Source of the DNA: an uncultured Prevotellaceae bacterium
GTDB lineage: Bacteria; Bacteroidota; Bacteroidia; Bacteroidales; Bacteroidaceae
Direction of reading: 5' to 3'
DNA: 64,000 nt
Assembly: GCA_900316315.1 (NCBI GenBank)
Contig: ONCK01000010.1
Location: forward strand, 8,082 to 72,081
Shown: positions 34,159-43,611 of the stretch, piece after piece
Layout of the letters: every line of letters starts with the position of its first letter
How positions within the stretch are numbered: position 1 is the stretch's first letter
Translations under genes and position numbers: made by a program
The notes under the pieces: model-generated
Told to the model about the DNA's origin: nothing
What the model saw: only the letters and a program-made list of their open reading frames with translations
The model's database searches: none

Positions 34159-36345
34159 CTATAATTTTACTGAGTGACGTCCGCCATGTAATTGCAGTTG
34201 TTTCCCATTCCATTTAACCGTGGCCGTAGTCCCTCTAGGAACAACGACTTGAGCTTTGAGGTGACCAGATTTTTGCAGAGAAAGGTCGACGCTAATTGTG
34301 CCATACTTGATTTGTACTTGTGTCTTAACATGAGTTAAGCCAGCAAGTTGCGGAGCTATGTCAAAAGTCTTAAATCCAAGACTAGTAGGCTTAATACCAC
34401 AGACCTCGCGTCCAAGGATGACGGTCATGCCACTTGCCCATGCGTGGTTGATGCTGGCTCCGGGCTCCCATAGTTCATAGACGGTTGTAGCATTAGGATT
34501 ACTCATCATTTTGCTATATAAATGGCGGGCCCTCGCGAGAGCTTCTTTGCCCTTTCCCATACGGAAGAGGGCTTCCTGTACGTAGAGTTCAAGCAATGGG
34601 CTACTAAAGTGAGTCGTTTCAAATATTTTGAATAAATAGGGATATCGCTCCTTGCTTGCCAATCCGCTGACGACAGCAAGTGCTTGTGCACGATCATCAT
34701 ACTGGCCCTCAAAGTTTGGACTCTTATAGCCATTACCTTGCCAATAGCGTTTATCAAAGCCTTGTACCATTTTGTCTATCTGCCGTGCAATGTTAGCTTG
34801 ATCTTCTGATTTTCCAAGTATGCGGGCATACTCTTGCTCTGCTTTAAGTGCCAGATAATACCATTCGTTAGTGATAAGTTCGAGGTCAATATTGCTCCCC
34901 CAATCGGCCCAACTCCAGCCTCCTTTACGTATGGGGACAAATCCGTTGCTGTCTGTCTGCCAAACCTGATGGAGGTATTTGTGGATTCCGTTATACAGGT
35001 CTGCCAGAGAAGAAAAGTTGCCGCTATTGTACCAGTGGGTATAAAAACCATACCAGCCTACAGACATAAGCATTTGGCAAGGTAGTTCTTGCTTGTAATT
35101 ACCAGGTATGGGCGCATGAATAACTCCGTCAGGATTTTGCCATGCAATCAGTTCACGCATTCCTTTATCGATAATTTTCCAGCTAGTTGTGGAAAGGACA
35201 TAAAAATTTTCTTGTATGTCATTGACAACGTCGCCCCACCACTGTGCGCGCTCGCGGTCTGGACAATCAAAATATGTATCGCGCATATTGACGTACAGTG
35301 TTCGGGCAGAACGTTTCCAAAGCTCATTCCAAAAAGGATCGTTGCAGTTAAATTCTCCTACAATATCTGTATCATAGCCGCTTTCGCGGTATCTGACATC
35401 TATCACTTTGACACCTGGTGGTATGGTATAAATCATCTCGTTGCCATTAATCCAACCGAGACTTTCGTATTCCTGTATGCCTTCGCGTGTGATGTATTCG
35501 GCGCGGACACTATTTTGTGTACCGATCTTGAAGTCTTCTGTCCGCATGTCAATGGTCTTTCCAGCTTTGGCTTTGACCTTGAGATAGGGTGTGACTTGTG
35601 CGTCGTAGGGCAAACGACAGCGCAGTTGACGTTTAACGGAATCCCATTTTGTCCAAATGTATTTCTTCCGACTTGTAAAGCGCCAGAAAGGTATAGGACG
35701 ACTTACAAGATTTCCATAGATAGAGTTAATGGCTTGTGATGCAATAACTTTTGCTCTTTGAGTAGGAGCATTGCCACCTGGAAGTCCATTGATTATTGTG
35801 CCTGCATGGCGGGCATCAAAACGGATTGATGCTTCAGAGAGACGATAGTTTGGAGTCTCAGTATCACATGTGGTGTAGGCGTCAAGTACTTCTGCGTGCC
35901 AACTGCTATCAGATAGTATGTCAACACTATTATTCTGGGCGTCAAAGAGCAGTCCTGCATGTCCACTGCTGATATGGCTGAAACCATCTTTGCCAAAATA
36001 GCAAGTGAGAATCTGCAGGTGATTGGCACCTTTGCGCAGATATGGTGCGAGCTCGACTATATCGTAGTAGGTAGACGTTGGCGAGGGACCACGCTTGAGC
36101 TGTCCTTCAAAAATAATGAGTCTGTTGTTGAGCCAAAGCCAATACTTTGAGTCTACTGCTATTCGGGCTTTGAGGCTGGTAGGCTTGGTAGAGAGTGTGA
36201 AGTCATGAGTGAAACGTTGCCAGGTATTAGGGCGTTCTTGGCACTGCGGAGCTTCAATCCATTGTCCCTTCCATCCTTGTGCTTTTGCAGAGGATAGAAG
36301 TAAAAAAGATAAAATTATGAAGTGTGATAATTTTCTCAGATACAT
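34159..36345 (-). CDS. secreted alpha-L-rhamnosidase-like glycoside hydrolase (GH78-like, six-hairpin)
   Basis: 728 aa with a signal peptide. The N-terminus WKGQWIEAP...ARIAVDSKYWLWLNNRLI resembles the rhamnosidase N-domain. YFDCPDRERAQWWGD resembles the catalytic-domain motif. Family assignment is from memory. Confidence 0.6.
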   Translation of the reverse strand: MYLRKLSHFIILSFLLLSSAKAQGWKGQWIEAPQCQERPNTWQRFTHDFTLSTKPTSLKARIAVDSKYWLWLNNRLIIFEGQLKRGPSPTSTYYDIVELAPYLRKGANHLQILTCYFGKDGFSHISSGHAGLLFDAQNNSVDILSDSSWHAEVLDAYTTCDTETPNYRLSEASIRFDARHAGTIINGLPGGNAPTQRAKVIASQAINSIYGNLVSRPIPFWRFTSRKKYIWTKWDSVKRQLRCRLPYDAQVTPYLKVKAKAGKTIDMRTEDFKIGTQNSVRAEYITREGIQEYESLGWINGNEMIYTIPPGVKVIDVRYRESGYDTDIVGEFNCNDPFWNELWKRSARTLYVNMRDTYFDCPDRERAQWWGDVVNDIQENFYVLSTTSWKIIDKGMRELIAWQNPDGVIHAPIPGNYKQELPCQMLMSVGWYGFYTHWYNSGNFSSLADLYNGIHKYLHQVWQTDSNGFVPIRKGGWSWADWGSNIDLELITNEWYYLALKAEQEYARILGKSEDQANIARQIDKMVQGFDKRYWQGNGYKSPNFEGQYDDRAQALAVVSGLASKERYPYLFKIFETTHFSSPLLELYVQEALFRMGKGKEALARARHLYSKMMSNPNATTVYELWEPGASINHAWASGMTVILGREVCGIKPTSLGFKTFDIAPQLAGLTHVKTQVQIKYGTISVDLSLQKSGHLKAQVVVPRGTTATVKWNGKQLQLHGGRHSVKL

Positions 36346-36400
36346 ATAATATAGATATTTAGCCTATTTCTATTATGTTACAAAAGATACTAAGGTTGGC

Positions 36401-36949
36401 TCAGATAACAGTTTTTCCAGATTTCATCAATTCTTCAGTAGATTTGCGAGGCTGGTCAATAATTTCAAATTTGGTTTCAGGACTTTTAAGAGTAGCTTTG
36501 ACTTTTTTGTATCTTGGCTGACGGAAGAATCCGAAAGGATCAAAGGGATCAATATCGTCGCTTTGCTCGATATAGAGTTGCGCGGAGAAGCTAAGACTTG
36601 GGAAAGTGTATTTACCCTTATTGTTACTACCTATGACATATTGAGACCATACAGTAGAGTAATAAGCCCTTCCACCAAGATAACTCCGACTTTGACGACG
36701 TCCGTTGCCTTGATAGGTCTGACGTACGCGGCATCCTGAAATTTTTACGTTGCTATCAGTGCACTTGATTTCGCCAAAGGGTAGGTTGCTGTAAATGATT
36801 ACACTAAAGACAGTACTGTCCCCAGCGATGATATGTTCTCCATTATTGATGACTACACGAGAAAAAATTTCTTGTCCTTCTTTTGCATTGATTGTAATGG
36901 GAGAAATAAGAGTTATGACAAATAGTGAAATTAAGATATGACGAAACAT
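36401..36949 (-). CDS. secreted hypothetical protein, possibly a short BatD-like domain protein
   Basis: 182 aa with a signal peptide. Beta-rich, with a pattern reminiscent of the BatD N-terminal domain. Weak assignment. Confidence 0.4.
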   Translation of the reverse strand: MFRHILISLFVITLISPITINAKEGQEIFSRVVINNGEHIIAGDSTVFSVIIYSNLPFGEIKCTDSNVKISGCRVRQTYQGNGRRQSRSYLGGRAYYSTVWSQYVIGSNNKGKYTFPSLSFSAQLYIEQSDDIDPFDPFGFFRQPRYKKVKATLKSPETKFEIIDQPRKSTEELMKSGKTVI

Positions 36950-37049
36950 TTATATACTTTGGTTTTGTGAATGGTCAAGGTTAAGACTGTCTGTGTATAG
37001 ATAGTCGGGGGGGGCATGTATGCCGAAGTTGGCTAAGCGTAGTATTATG

Positions 37050-38981
37050 TTAAAGTTTGTCACATTGCAGAATCCATGCGGTACTGTCTGCGTCGCTTGC
37101 CATACGCCAATCTCCCCTTGGGCTCAGACTACATGATCCAATCTTAGGGCCATCAGGAAGACAACTTCTTTTATACTGTTGCTGAAAGAAACGGCTGAAA
37201 AATGTAGTTATCCAATGCTTTATGGTTACATTATCATAGACATGCTCAAAGGCTTTTTTCGCAAGAACGTAAATCTTTGCTGGTGGAAATCCGTAGCGCA
37301 TAAAGTGGTAGAGGAAGAAGTCGTGAAGCTCATATGGCCCGACGAGATCTTCTGTCTTCTGCTGAATATTCCCATGTTCGTCAGCAGGTACGAGTTCTGG
37401 GCTAATCGGCGTGTCTGCAATGTCAAGCAGAGTCATGCGGCAGTTATCGTTGTCTATGTGATTAGCAGACCAGACAACAAGGTGACGCACGAGGGTCTTA
37501 GGTACAGAGGCGTTGACACCATACATACTCATATGGTCACCGTTATATGTTGCCCATCCGAGTGCTAGCTCACTCAAATCTCCTGTTCCGATGACAAGTC
37601 CGCCCATTTGGTTGGCTGCATCCATGAGTATCTGGGTTCGCTCACGTGCCTGGCAGTTTTCATACGTTGTATCGTGTACGGAAGGGTCAATGCCCAAATC
37701 GTGAAAGTGTTGGCGGACTGCCTCTGAGATGCTAATCTCACGAATGGTAATACCCAGGAACTTCATGAGATTTGTGGCATTCGTATAGGTACGGTCTGTT
37801 GTGCCAAATCCTGGCATTGTGATACCCACTATTCCCCGACGATTGTATCCGAGCAAATCAAAGGTTCTCACGCATACGATAAGAGCGAGAGTTGAGTCAA
37901 GTCCGCCGCTGATGCCAATTACAACTGTCTTGCCGTGTATATGTGTAAGTCTCTTAGCTAGGCCTGATACTTGGATATTAAGGATTTCTTTGCAGCGTTC
38001 GTCTAGTTCCGGTCCTATCGGAACAAAAGGATGAGGGTCGATATATCGGGTGAGTTTGAAAGAGAGTTCGTTGAGATTTTGCTCAACATGAATGTGATAA
38101 AACTCCTTTGTATCATTCAGCTGGGCAACACTGCTTGCGAAGGTTGTATTAACACGACGCTCTGTACGTAGGCGGTCGATATCTATTTCAGAGATGACAA
38201 GCTGCTCGTCGAGAGAGAACCTCTTTCCCTCATTGAGCAGTTGACCATTTTCATAGATCAATGCCTTACCGCTGAAGACGATATCCTGTGTACTTTCTCC
38301 AAATCCGCATCCACTAAATACATATCCGCATATACAACGTGCGCTCTGCTGACTGATGAGGCCTTTGAGATACTGATGTTTGCCGATGGCGTCGTTGTCA
38401 GCAGAGAGGTTAAAGATGATATCTGCTCCATGCAGAGTCAGCAGGCTGCTGGGAGGTATAGGGGCCCACATGTCCTCACATATTTCAACTCCAAAATTGA
38501 ATCCCGCAGCTTCAAAAAGCATCTTAGGACCGAGAGGCACGGTCTGTCCGGCAAGATGGACTGTGGTATTTGTGAGATTAAGTGCTGGTGTAAACCAACG
38601 CATCTCATAAAATTCTTTATAATTTGGCAGGTAGCTTTTGGGAACCAGACCGAGTAATTTTCCTCCTTGGATGACTGCTGCACAGTTGAGGAGGGTCCCT
38701 TTATATGCAACAGGGAGTCCGACAATTGCCACGACATTGAGCTTGAGGGTAGCATTAAGAAGCTGCATGAGTTGTATCTCAGCCTGCTCAAGGAGGAGCT
38801 GTTGACTGAAGAGGTCTTGGCATGTATAAGAGGTAATACACAGTTCTGGAAACACTACGGCTTCTACGCCTTCTTCTTCTGCTTGTAGGAGAAGTGTTAT
38901 AATGTGCTTGACATTGTACTCGCAGTCAGCAACTCTTACAGAGGGTATAGCGCTGGCGACCTTGACAAATCCGTATTTCAT
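37050..38981 (-). CDS. nadE: glutamine-dependent NAD+ synthetase
   Basis: 643 aa. N-terminal CN-hydrolase domain (VVFPELCITSY). C-terminal synthetase PP-loop VIGISGGLDSTLA. Confidence 0.9.
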   Translation of the reverse strand: MKYGFVKVASAIPSVRVADCEYNVKHIITLLLQAEEEGVEAVVFPELCITSYTCQDLFSQQLLLEQAEIQLMQLLNATLKLNVVAIVGLPVAYKGTLLNCAAVIQGGKLLGLVPKSYLPNYKEFYEMRWFTPALNLTNTTVHLAGQTVPLGPKMLFEAAGFNFGVEICEDMWAPIPPSSLLTLHGADIIFNLSADNDAIGKHQYLKGLISQQSARCICGYVFSGCGFGESTQDIVFSGKALIYENGQLLNEGKRFSLDEQLVISEIDIDRLRTERRVNTTFASSVAQLNDTKEFYHIHVEQNLNELSFKLTRYIDPHPFVPIGPELDERCKEILNIQVSGLAKRLTHIHGKTVVIGISGGLDSTLALIVCVRTFDLLGYNRRGIVGITMPGFGTTDRTYTNATNLMKFLGITIREISISEAVRQHFHDLGIDPSVHDTTYENCQARERTQILMDAANQMGGLVIGTGDLSELALGWATYNGDHMSMYGVNASVPKTLVRHLVVWSANHIDNDNCRMTLLDIADTPISPELVPADEHGNIQQKTEDLVGPYELHDFFLYHFMRYGFPPAKIYVLAKKAFEHVYDNVTIKHWITTFFSRFFQQQYKRSCLPDGPKIGSCSLSPRGDWRMASDADSTAWILQCDKL

Positions 38982-39016
38982 ATCAGATAGACTGTATTGT
39001 AAAACAAGTGTCCCTT

Positions 39017-40696
39017 TTAGTAGTGGAAAGTGCTGCCGCCCAAAAACTCTCTGAGCAGAGAGGTCGGGGGGAGGGCATCGGTCCGGATGGGCACGATATA
39101 GTTGAGAAATTTGCGCAGACGGTAGGCCTCGGAGTACTGAGGCGAACTTTCGGGCACCATCTCGAGCAAGGGCAGGGCTTGGCTGCGCAGGCCGGCGAGC
39201 TCAAAGAGCAGGGCACTATTGAACATGACGTCGGCGTTCTCCTGATAGGGGAAGATCCACTTGCGTTCGCCGGCTTGAACCTTTTGCCAGCGGCCGATGG
39301 TCTCCTCAGCGGAGTAGTTGCGATACTTGTAGTCGCGCACGATACGCCTCAGCAGGCGGTTGTCGCTGGTGGGGATATAGTTGTGGTAGTCCAGCAGGAT
39401 AGTTGTGAGCGCGCTGACGTAGATTTTGAACTTGTAGACATCGGGGATGTCCTTGGTGAGCTCAGGATTGAGCCCATGGATACCCTCCATGACCAGCAGG
39501 GTATGACTGTCGATCTGAAGATGCTTGCCACTCGGGGAACTCTTGCCTGTGGTGAAATCGTATTTGGGCAGCTCGACTTCCTTGCCCTCCAGGAGATCCT
39601 GCAGGTCTTGCTGGAGCTTGGGAATATTGAGCGCGTAGATAGACTCGTAGTCATAGTCTCCATTGGCATCACGCGGGGTCTTGGTCCTGTCAACGAAATA
39701 GTCATCCATAGAGAAGGCAAAGGGCTTGAGGCCGCAGGCCATGAGTTGGACGCTCAGGCGCTTGCTAAACGTGGTCTTGCCCGAACTGGAGGGGCCGCTA
39801 ATCATGATGAGCCGGACCTCCGGATGGCGCTGTATCTCCTCGGCGATGTTGCTTATCTTCTTCTCCTGGAGGGCCTCGCTGATATTGATGATGTTGATGG
39901 CTTTGTCATGATTACGGCAGGCCTCGTTGAGTTCCCCGATAGTGCTGACTCCGATGATGTCTTGCCAGCGCTGGTGCTCGCGAAAGACTTCGAGCATCTT
40001 CTCCTGCTTGATGAGGGGCTTGAGTTGGTCGGGATGTTCGGAATCGGGGACGCGTAGCAACAAGCCGTCACCCAGACGCATCAGCCCATAGAGCGACAAC
40101 TGCCCGGTGCTGAGCAATAGGGGGTCGTAGTAATAGTCGGGCTCTCCGTCGAGGGTATAGTACTTGGTGTAGAGAGATTTATTGCCTTGTAAAAGCTTGA
40201 CTTTGCTGTAGTATCCGTGTTGGGAAAAAAGCTTGATGGCCTCATCGGTATGGGCCACGACCTTGACGAAGGGAATGTCTTGGTCGATGATCTCCTGCAT
40301 GCGTCGGGTGATAGCTTGGATGTCTTCTTCGGTCAGCATCCTGCCCAGGGAGAGTTGACAATAATAGCCGTTGCTTACAGGGGCCTCGACTCTGAGCGAG
40401 CCCTCGGGGAAGAGATCCTTACAGGCTTTGCTGAGGACGAAGAAGAGAGAGCGCGTATAGACTCTCAGACCCGAGGGGGAGGTGATGTCGAGAAACTCTA
40501 CATCCTTGTTGTTGTATACGGTATAGGCCAAGGAGCGGCTTACATTGTTGACTTTGGCATGGGTCAGGCTTTGGAGACCTTTGAGATGCAGTTTGTCATA
40601 AATTTCGAGCAGGGTGCTGCCTGTAGGCACCTGTATCGTTTTACCATTGTTGACACAGTATATACTGACGTGTGTCTGCTTATTACACTTAGTCAT
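39017..40696 (-). CDS. nucleoside/uridine kinase-family protein with N-terminal TGS-like domain
   Basis: 559 aa. P-loop ISGPSSSGKTTFSKRL and a uridine-kinase-like core. The N-terminal ~230 aa resemble the ThrRS TGS/second-additional-domain region. Confidence 0.75.
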   Translation of the reverse strand: MTKCNKQTHVSIYCVNNGKTIQVPTGSTLLEIYDKLHLKGLQSLTHAKVNNVSRSLAYTVYNNKDVEFLDITSPSGLRVYTRSLFFVLSKACKDLFPEGSLRVEAPVSNGYYCQLSLGRMLTEEDIQAITRRMQEIIDQDIPFVKVVAHTDEAIKLFSQHGYYSKVKLLQGNKSLYTKYYTLDGEPDYYYDPLLLSTGQLSLYGLMRLGDGLLLRVPDSEHPDQLKPLIKQEKMLEVFREHQRWQDIIGVSTIGELNEACRNHDKAINIINISEALQEKKISNIAEEIQRHPEVRLIMISGPSSSGKTTFSKRLSVQLMACGLKPFAFSMDDYFVDRTKTPRDANGDYDYESIYALNIPKLQQDLQDLLEGKEVELPKYDFTTGKSSPSGKHLQIDSHTLLVMEGIHGLNPELTKDIPDVYKFKIYVSALTTILLDYHNYIPTSDNRLLRRIVRDYKYRNYSAEETIGRWQKVQAGERKWIFPYQENADVMFNSALLFELAGLRSQALPLLEMVPESSPQYSEAYRLRKFLNYIVPIRTDALPPTSLLREFLGGSTFHY

Positions 40697-40731
40697 ATGT
40701 CAGTAAAAATGAATCGAGCTATAGTCGGAGA

Positions 40732-41310
40732 CTACTTCTTGTTTTTGTAGCGCTTGTTGAGGCCTTTGATGACATCCTCGGTGATGTCGAGTTTGTTGTT
40801 GGAGAGGAGGATGTTGTCCTGGCCTTTGCTGAGGATGTAGTCGTAGCCCATGTCCTTGTTGTAGTCAGCAAGGAAATGCTGTATAGAGTCGTGGAGGGCC
40901 TTGTTGTACTGGTCTTGCTGCTTCTCATATTGTGATTGAAGGCTGCTTTGCAGATTTTGGAGCTGCTGTTGCTTCTTTTGAAGATTTTGCTGAGCCTGTT
41001 GTACTTCTTGCTGGGTCAACTTGCCCGCCTCATACTTGACTTGCAGATTGGCGGCCTCACGCTGAAGGGCGACGGCGCGGCTCTGGAAAGTGGCTTGTGC
41101 CGATTTCTGCTTCTTCTGGAGTATCTCTGTGCAGTCTTTGGCAAACTGATATTGAGTCATGATGGAGTCCACCTCGACATAAGCAATCTTAAGAGAGGCC
41201 TGCTCTTTGACTGGGGCTGGTTTGCTGGATTGCTGATTACCTCTGCATGAGGTGAACATTGATACTGACAGCAGTAGGGCTGGGATGGAGAGGATGTGAG
41301 CGTACTTCAT
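40732..41310 (-). CDS. OmpH/Skp-family periplasmic chaperone
   Basis: 192 aa with a signal peptide and a Gln-rich coiled coil (QQEVQQAQQNLQKKQQQLQNLQ), typical of OmpH. Confidence 0.8.
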   Translation of the reverse strand: MKYAHILSIPALLLSVSMFTSCRGNQQSSKPAPVKEQASLKIAYVEVDSIMTQYQFAKDCTEILQKKQKSAQATFQSRAVALQREAANLQVKYEAGKLTQQEVQQAQQNLQKKQQQLQNLQSSLQSQYEKQQDQYNKALHDSIQHFLADYNKDMGYDYILSKGQDNILLSNNKLDITEDVIKGLNKRYKNKK

Positions 41311-41364
41311 AATGGTGTAGCTTTATGTTTTATAGTATTAATGATTGTCAGTAATTGTATGGTG

Positions 41365-41601
41365 TTAGTCTAATTTAGCTGAGCGCGCTTTGTCCTTGCT
41401 GTGCTCGGCAATAAGTAGGCCCCCTTTGCGGCGTGCCTGCTCATCCTGCTTGCGCGGGCAGTCTATGCCGCGGCTGCGGAGCGCCGGATTGTCATCTACA
41501 TCAGCCGAGCCAAATCCATCTTTGCCCATGAGCAATCGGATGGAAAGCAACGTGATGCTGAGCGCGACGATAATGACAACAGTGAGCAGTGTATGGGCCA
41601 T
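41365..41601 (-). CDS. small single-pass membrane protein, function unknown
   Basis: 78 aa. The N-terminal TM helix TLLTVVIIVALSITLLSI is followed by a charged tail. A TAnnTTTG box lies upstream. Confidence 0.45.
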   Translation of the reverse strand: MAHTLLTVVIIVALSITLLSIRLLMGKDGFGSADVDDNPALRSRGIDCPRKQDEQARRKGGLLIAEHSKDKARSAKLD

Positions 41602-41682
41602 GACAATAGGAATTCTTGTATGCGCGTCGGGCGAGGCAACGCCTCTCTATTATGGAGGCCTGCCAAGGCCTCTCTGGATAAG

Positions 41683-41690
41683 CAAAGGTA
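41683..41690 (-). promoter_or_regulatory. putative -7 promoter box TACCTTTG for the 78-aa membrane protein gene
   Basis: Reverse complement of caaaggta, about 80 nt upstream of ATG 41601. Confidence 0.4.
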
Positions 41691-41763
41691 CGCAAAACAT
41701 CGTATCAACGGAAAATTTTCCAACAAAAAGTCCGGAGTTGGAGTGCAATTCGATAAAATGTCT

Positions 41764-41771
41764 TACTTTTG
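41764..41771 (+). promoter_or_regulatory. putative -7 promoter box TACTTTTG for the acidic protein gene
   Basis: TAnnTTTG match 76 nt upstream of ATG 41848. Confidence 0.4.
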
Positions 41772-41847
41772 GCATTGGATTGGACCAGACTGATGTCGGG
41801 ACAGAGATTTCTTAATCACGCAATACTATTTTTTTCAAGAAGGTAAT

Positions 41848-42291
41848 ATGAATCTCAGCAAACAGACCATTCAGCAACTCGATGAGCTCTTTGGGGAATT
41901 GGAGAAGCACTATTCCCCTGGATCAGATAGCCCTATCATGACAGACATTAGCTTTCAAGCCCATCAGGATAGTGGTGAGCTCACAGCCTATGACGATGAT
42001 GATCAAGAGATCGCTTCGGAGGTCATCGATGAATGGATAGATTATCCGGAGGCCAATTTCAATGAGGTTGTGCGGGAGACGCTTAAGCAGTATCTCCGCA
42101 GCAATCGTGAGCGCGTACTGAGTCTATCGATCATACATCCCTTCTCTTTCGTACTCGTTGACGGGGATCTCGAGACAGTGTCGGATATTTATCAGGTAGA
42201 CGATGACTCCATTATGATTGAGCATGAGGAGCTGATGAAAGGTCTCGATCAAGACCTTAATGCTTTTATCACTAAGCTGCTCAAGGAGTAG
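41848..42291 (+). CDS. highly acidic hypothetical protein
   Basis: 147 aa, Asp/Glu-rich (AYDDDDQEIASEVIDEWIDYPE). It is the only plus-strand gene in the 34-61 kb block. No family recognised. Confidence 0.5.
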   Translation: MNLSKQTIQQLDELFGELEKHYSPGSDSPIMTDISFQAHQDSGELTAYDDDDQEIASEVIDEWIDYPEANFNEVVRETLKQYLRSNRERVLSLSIIHPFSFVLVDGDLETVSDIYQVDDDSIMIEHEELMKGLDQDLNAFITKLLKE

Positions 42292-42681
42292 TATCGGACG
42301 ATGAGAGTGCAGCTCGTCTGGCGTCTGCGTGACGCTCGACTCCATGACCTTAAGAGTTGAAAAGCGCTTCTCCTCTATGGATAAGAGGGTAAAGCCCCTA
42401 TAAGTAATCATCACTTTGGCTTATAGGAGGAAAAGTATACTGCTATGGCCAGGTAGGCGATGCAAGTCGGCTCTAAGGAAATATGAGAAGCCATCTTATC
42501 TTTCGAGAAACCGACCTTTTGTCGCGAGGAGAACTCGGTAGTAAGTTGAGGAGTGAATTCATACGTCCTTACACGGTCAAGTGTGAAAAAGAGATTTGCT
42601 TTGTCCGTGAACAAGGTCGTCTATCTTATTTTATGGAGAGTGACGAGCAAAGGCGATTGGGCTACGCTAGGGTTTGCGTCT

Positions 42682-43338
42682 TTACTCTGAAGGGGGAAGT
42701 GTGGTCTTCTTGCGCTTATAAAGGGATTTGCCGACCATCCATACGAGGGCAATGGCTACTATCGCACAAATGCCGACGACAATGGGGTGTTCATACTCTT
42801 TGACTTTTACCAGAAGTTGGCTATAGGGAACCAGACGATGGAGATACCAGCCGAGGAAACAGAGAATACTATTCCAGATAGAAGACCCTATGGCTGTATA
42901 GAGAATGAAAAGGCCGAAGTTCATTCGAGAGAGACCTGCTGGAATTGAAATAAGCTGTCTAATACCTGGGAGCAGACGTCCGATGAGAGTGGCTACGGCC
43001 CCGCGACGATTGAAGTAGGCTTCGGCCCGCTCCATCTTCTCCCGGTTGAGCAAACATAAATGTCCGAGACGGCTGTCAACAAATTTGTAAACGATTGGAC
43101 GGCCGACATAGACTGATACTACGTAATTGATGACAGCCCCCATAATACTGCCTAAAGTGGCAAAAATGACTACAAGGATGACTGACATGCGACCCTCTGC
43201 TGCCATATAGCCTGCTGGTGGTACGACTACCTCTGAAGGAAATGGAATGGCAGAGCTCTCTATGGTCATCAAGATGGTCACACTAAGATAGTTGAGATTG
43301 TCGAGCAGTGACTGGTAGATTGGAGTGAGGATGATCAT
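42682..43338 (-). CDS. DedA-family membrane protein
   Basis: 218 aa. ESSAIPFPSEVVVPPAGY and GRLLPGIRQLISIPAG are DedA motifs. Confidence 0.85.
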   Translation of the reverse strand: MIILTPIYQSLLDNLNYLSVTILMTIESSAIPFPSEVVVPPAGYMAAEGRMSVILVVIFATLGSIMGAVINYVVSVYVGRPIVYKFVDSRLGHLCLLNREKMERAEAYFNRRGAVATLIGRLLPGIRQLISIPAGLSRMNFGLFILYTAIGSSIWNSILCFLGWYLHRLVPYSQLLVKVKEYEHPIVVGICAIVAIALVWMVGKSLYKRKKTTLPPSE

Positions 43339-43611
43339 CGTTGTATTTGCTTTTTAGGATTGAAAGACACTTGCCGGAGGACTTGTCTTGGAGTGGTGTA
43401 GAAAGAGGTCAAATCTCTGACCTTAATTTACCCATATTCGAGAGCCTGTTGATGATAAGGGCAACCCTTCTACGGGCTGATGGCAAGGGCAATTTTCTAC
43501 TGGCTAAGATACACATGATGTGTAGTCGTCGGCTTGCCGCTTATGCCCTCATCTTTTTGAGAAGCGGATTGGGCATGTCTTTCTTAGGCGTATGACAAGT
43601 GCCGTCTGCTG

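Noticed and set aside
39008-40057. 349-aa plus-strand ORF antisense to the nucleoside kinase gene
   Set aside because: No recognisable motifs and repetitive Leu/Gly/Asp composition. The opposite strand carries a clear P-loop kinase.
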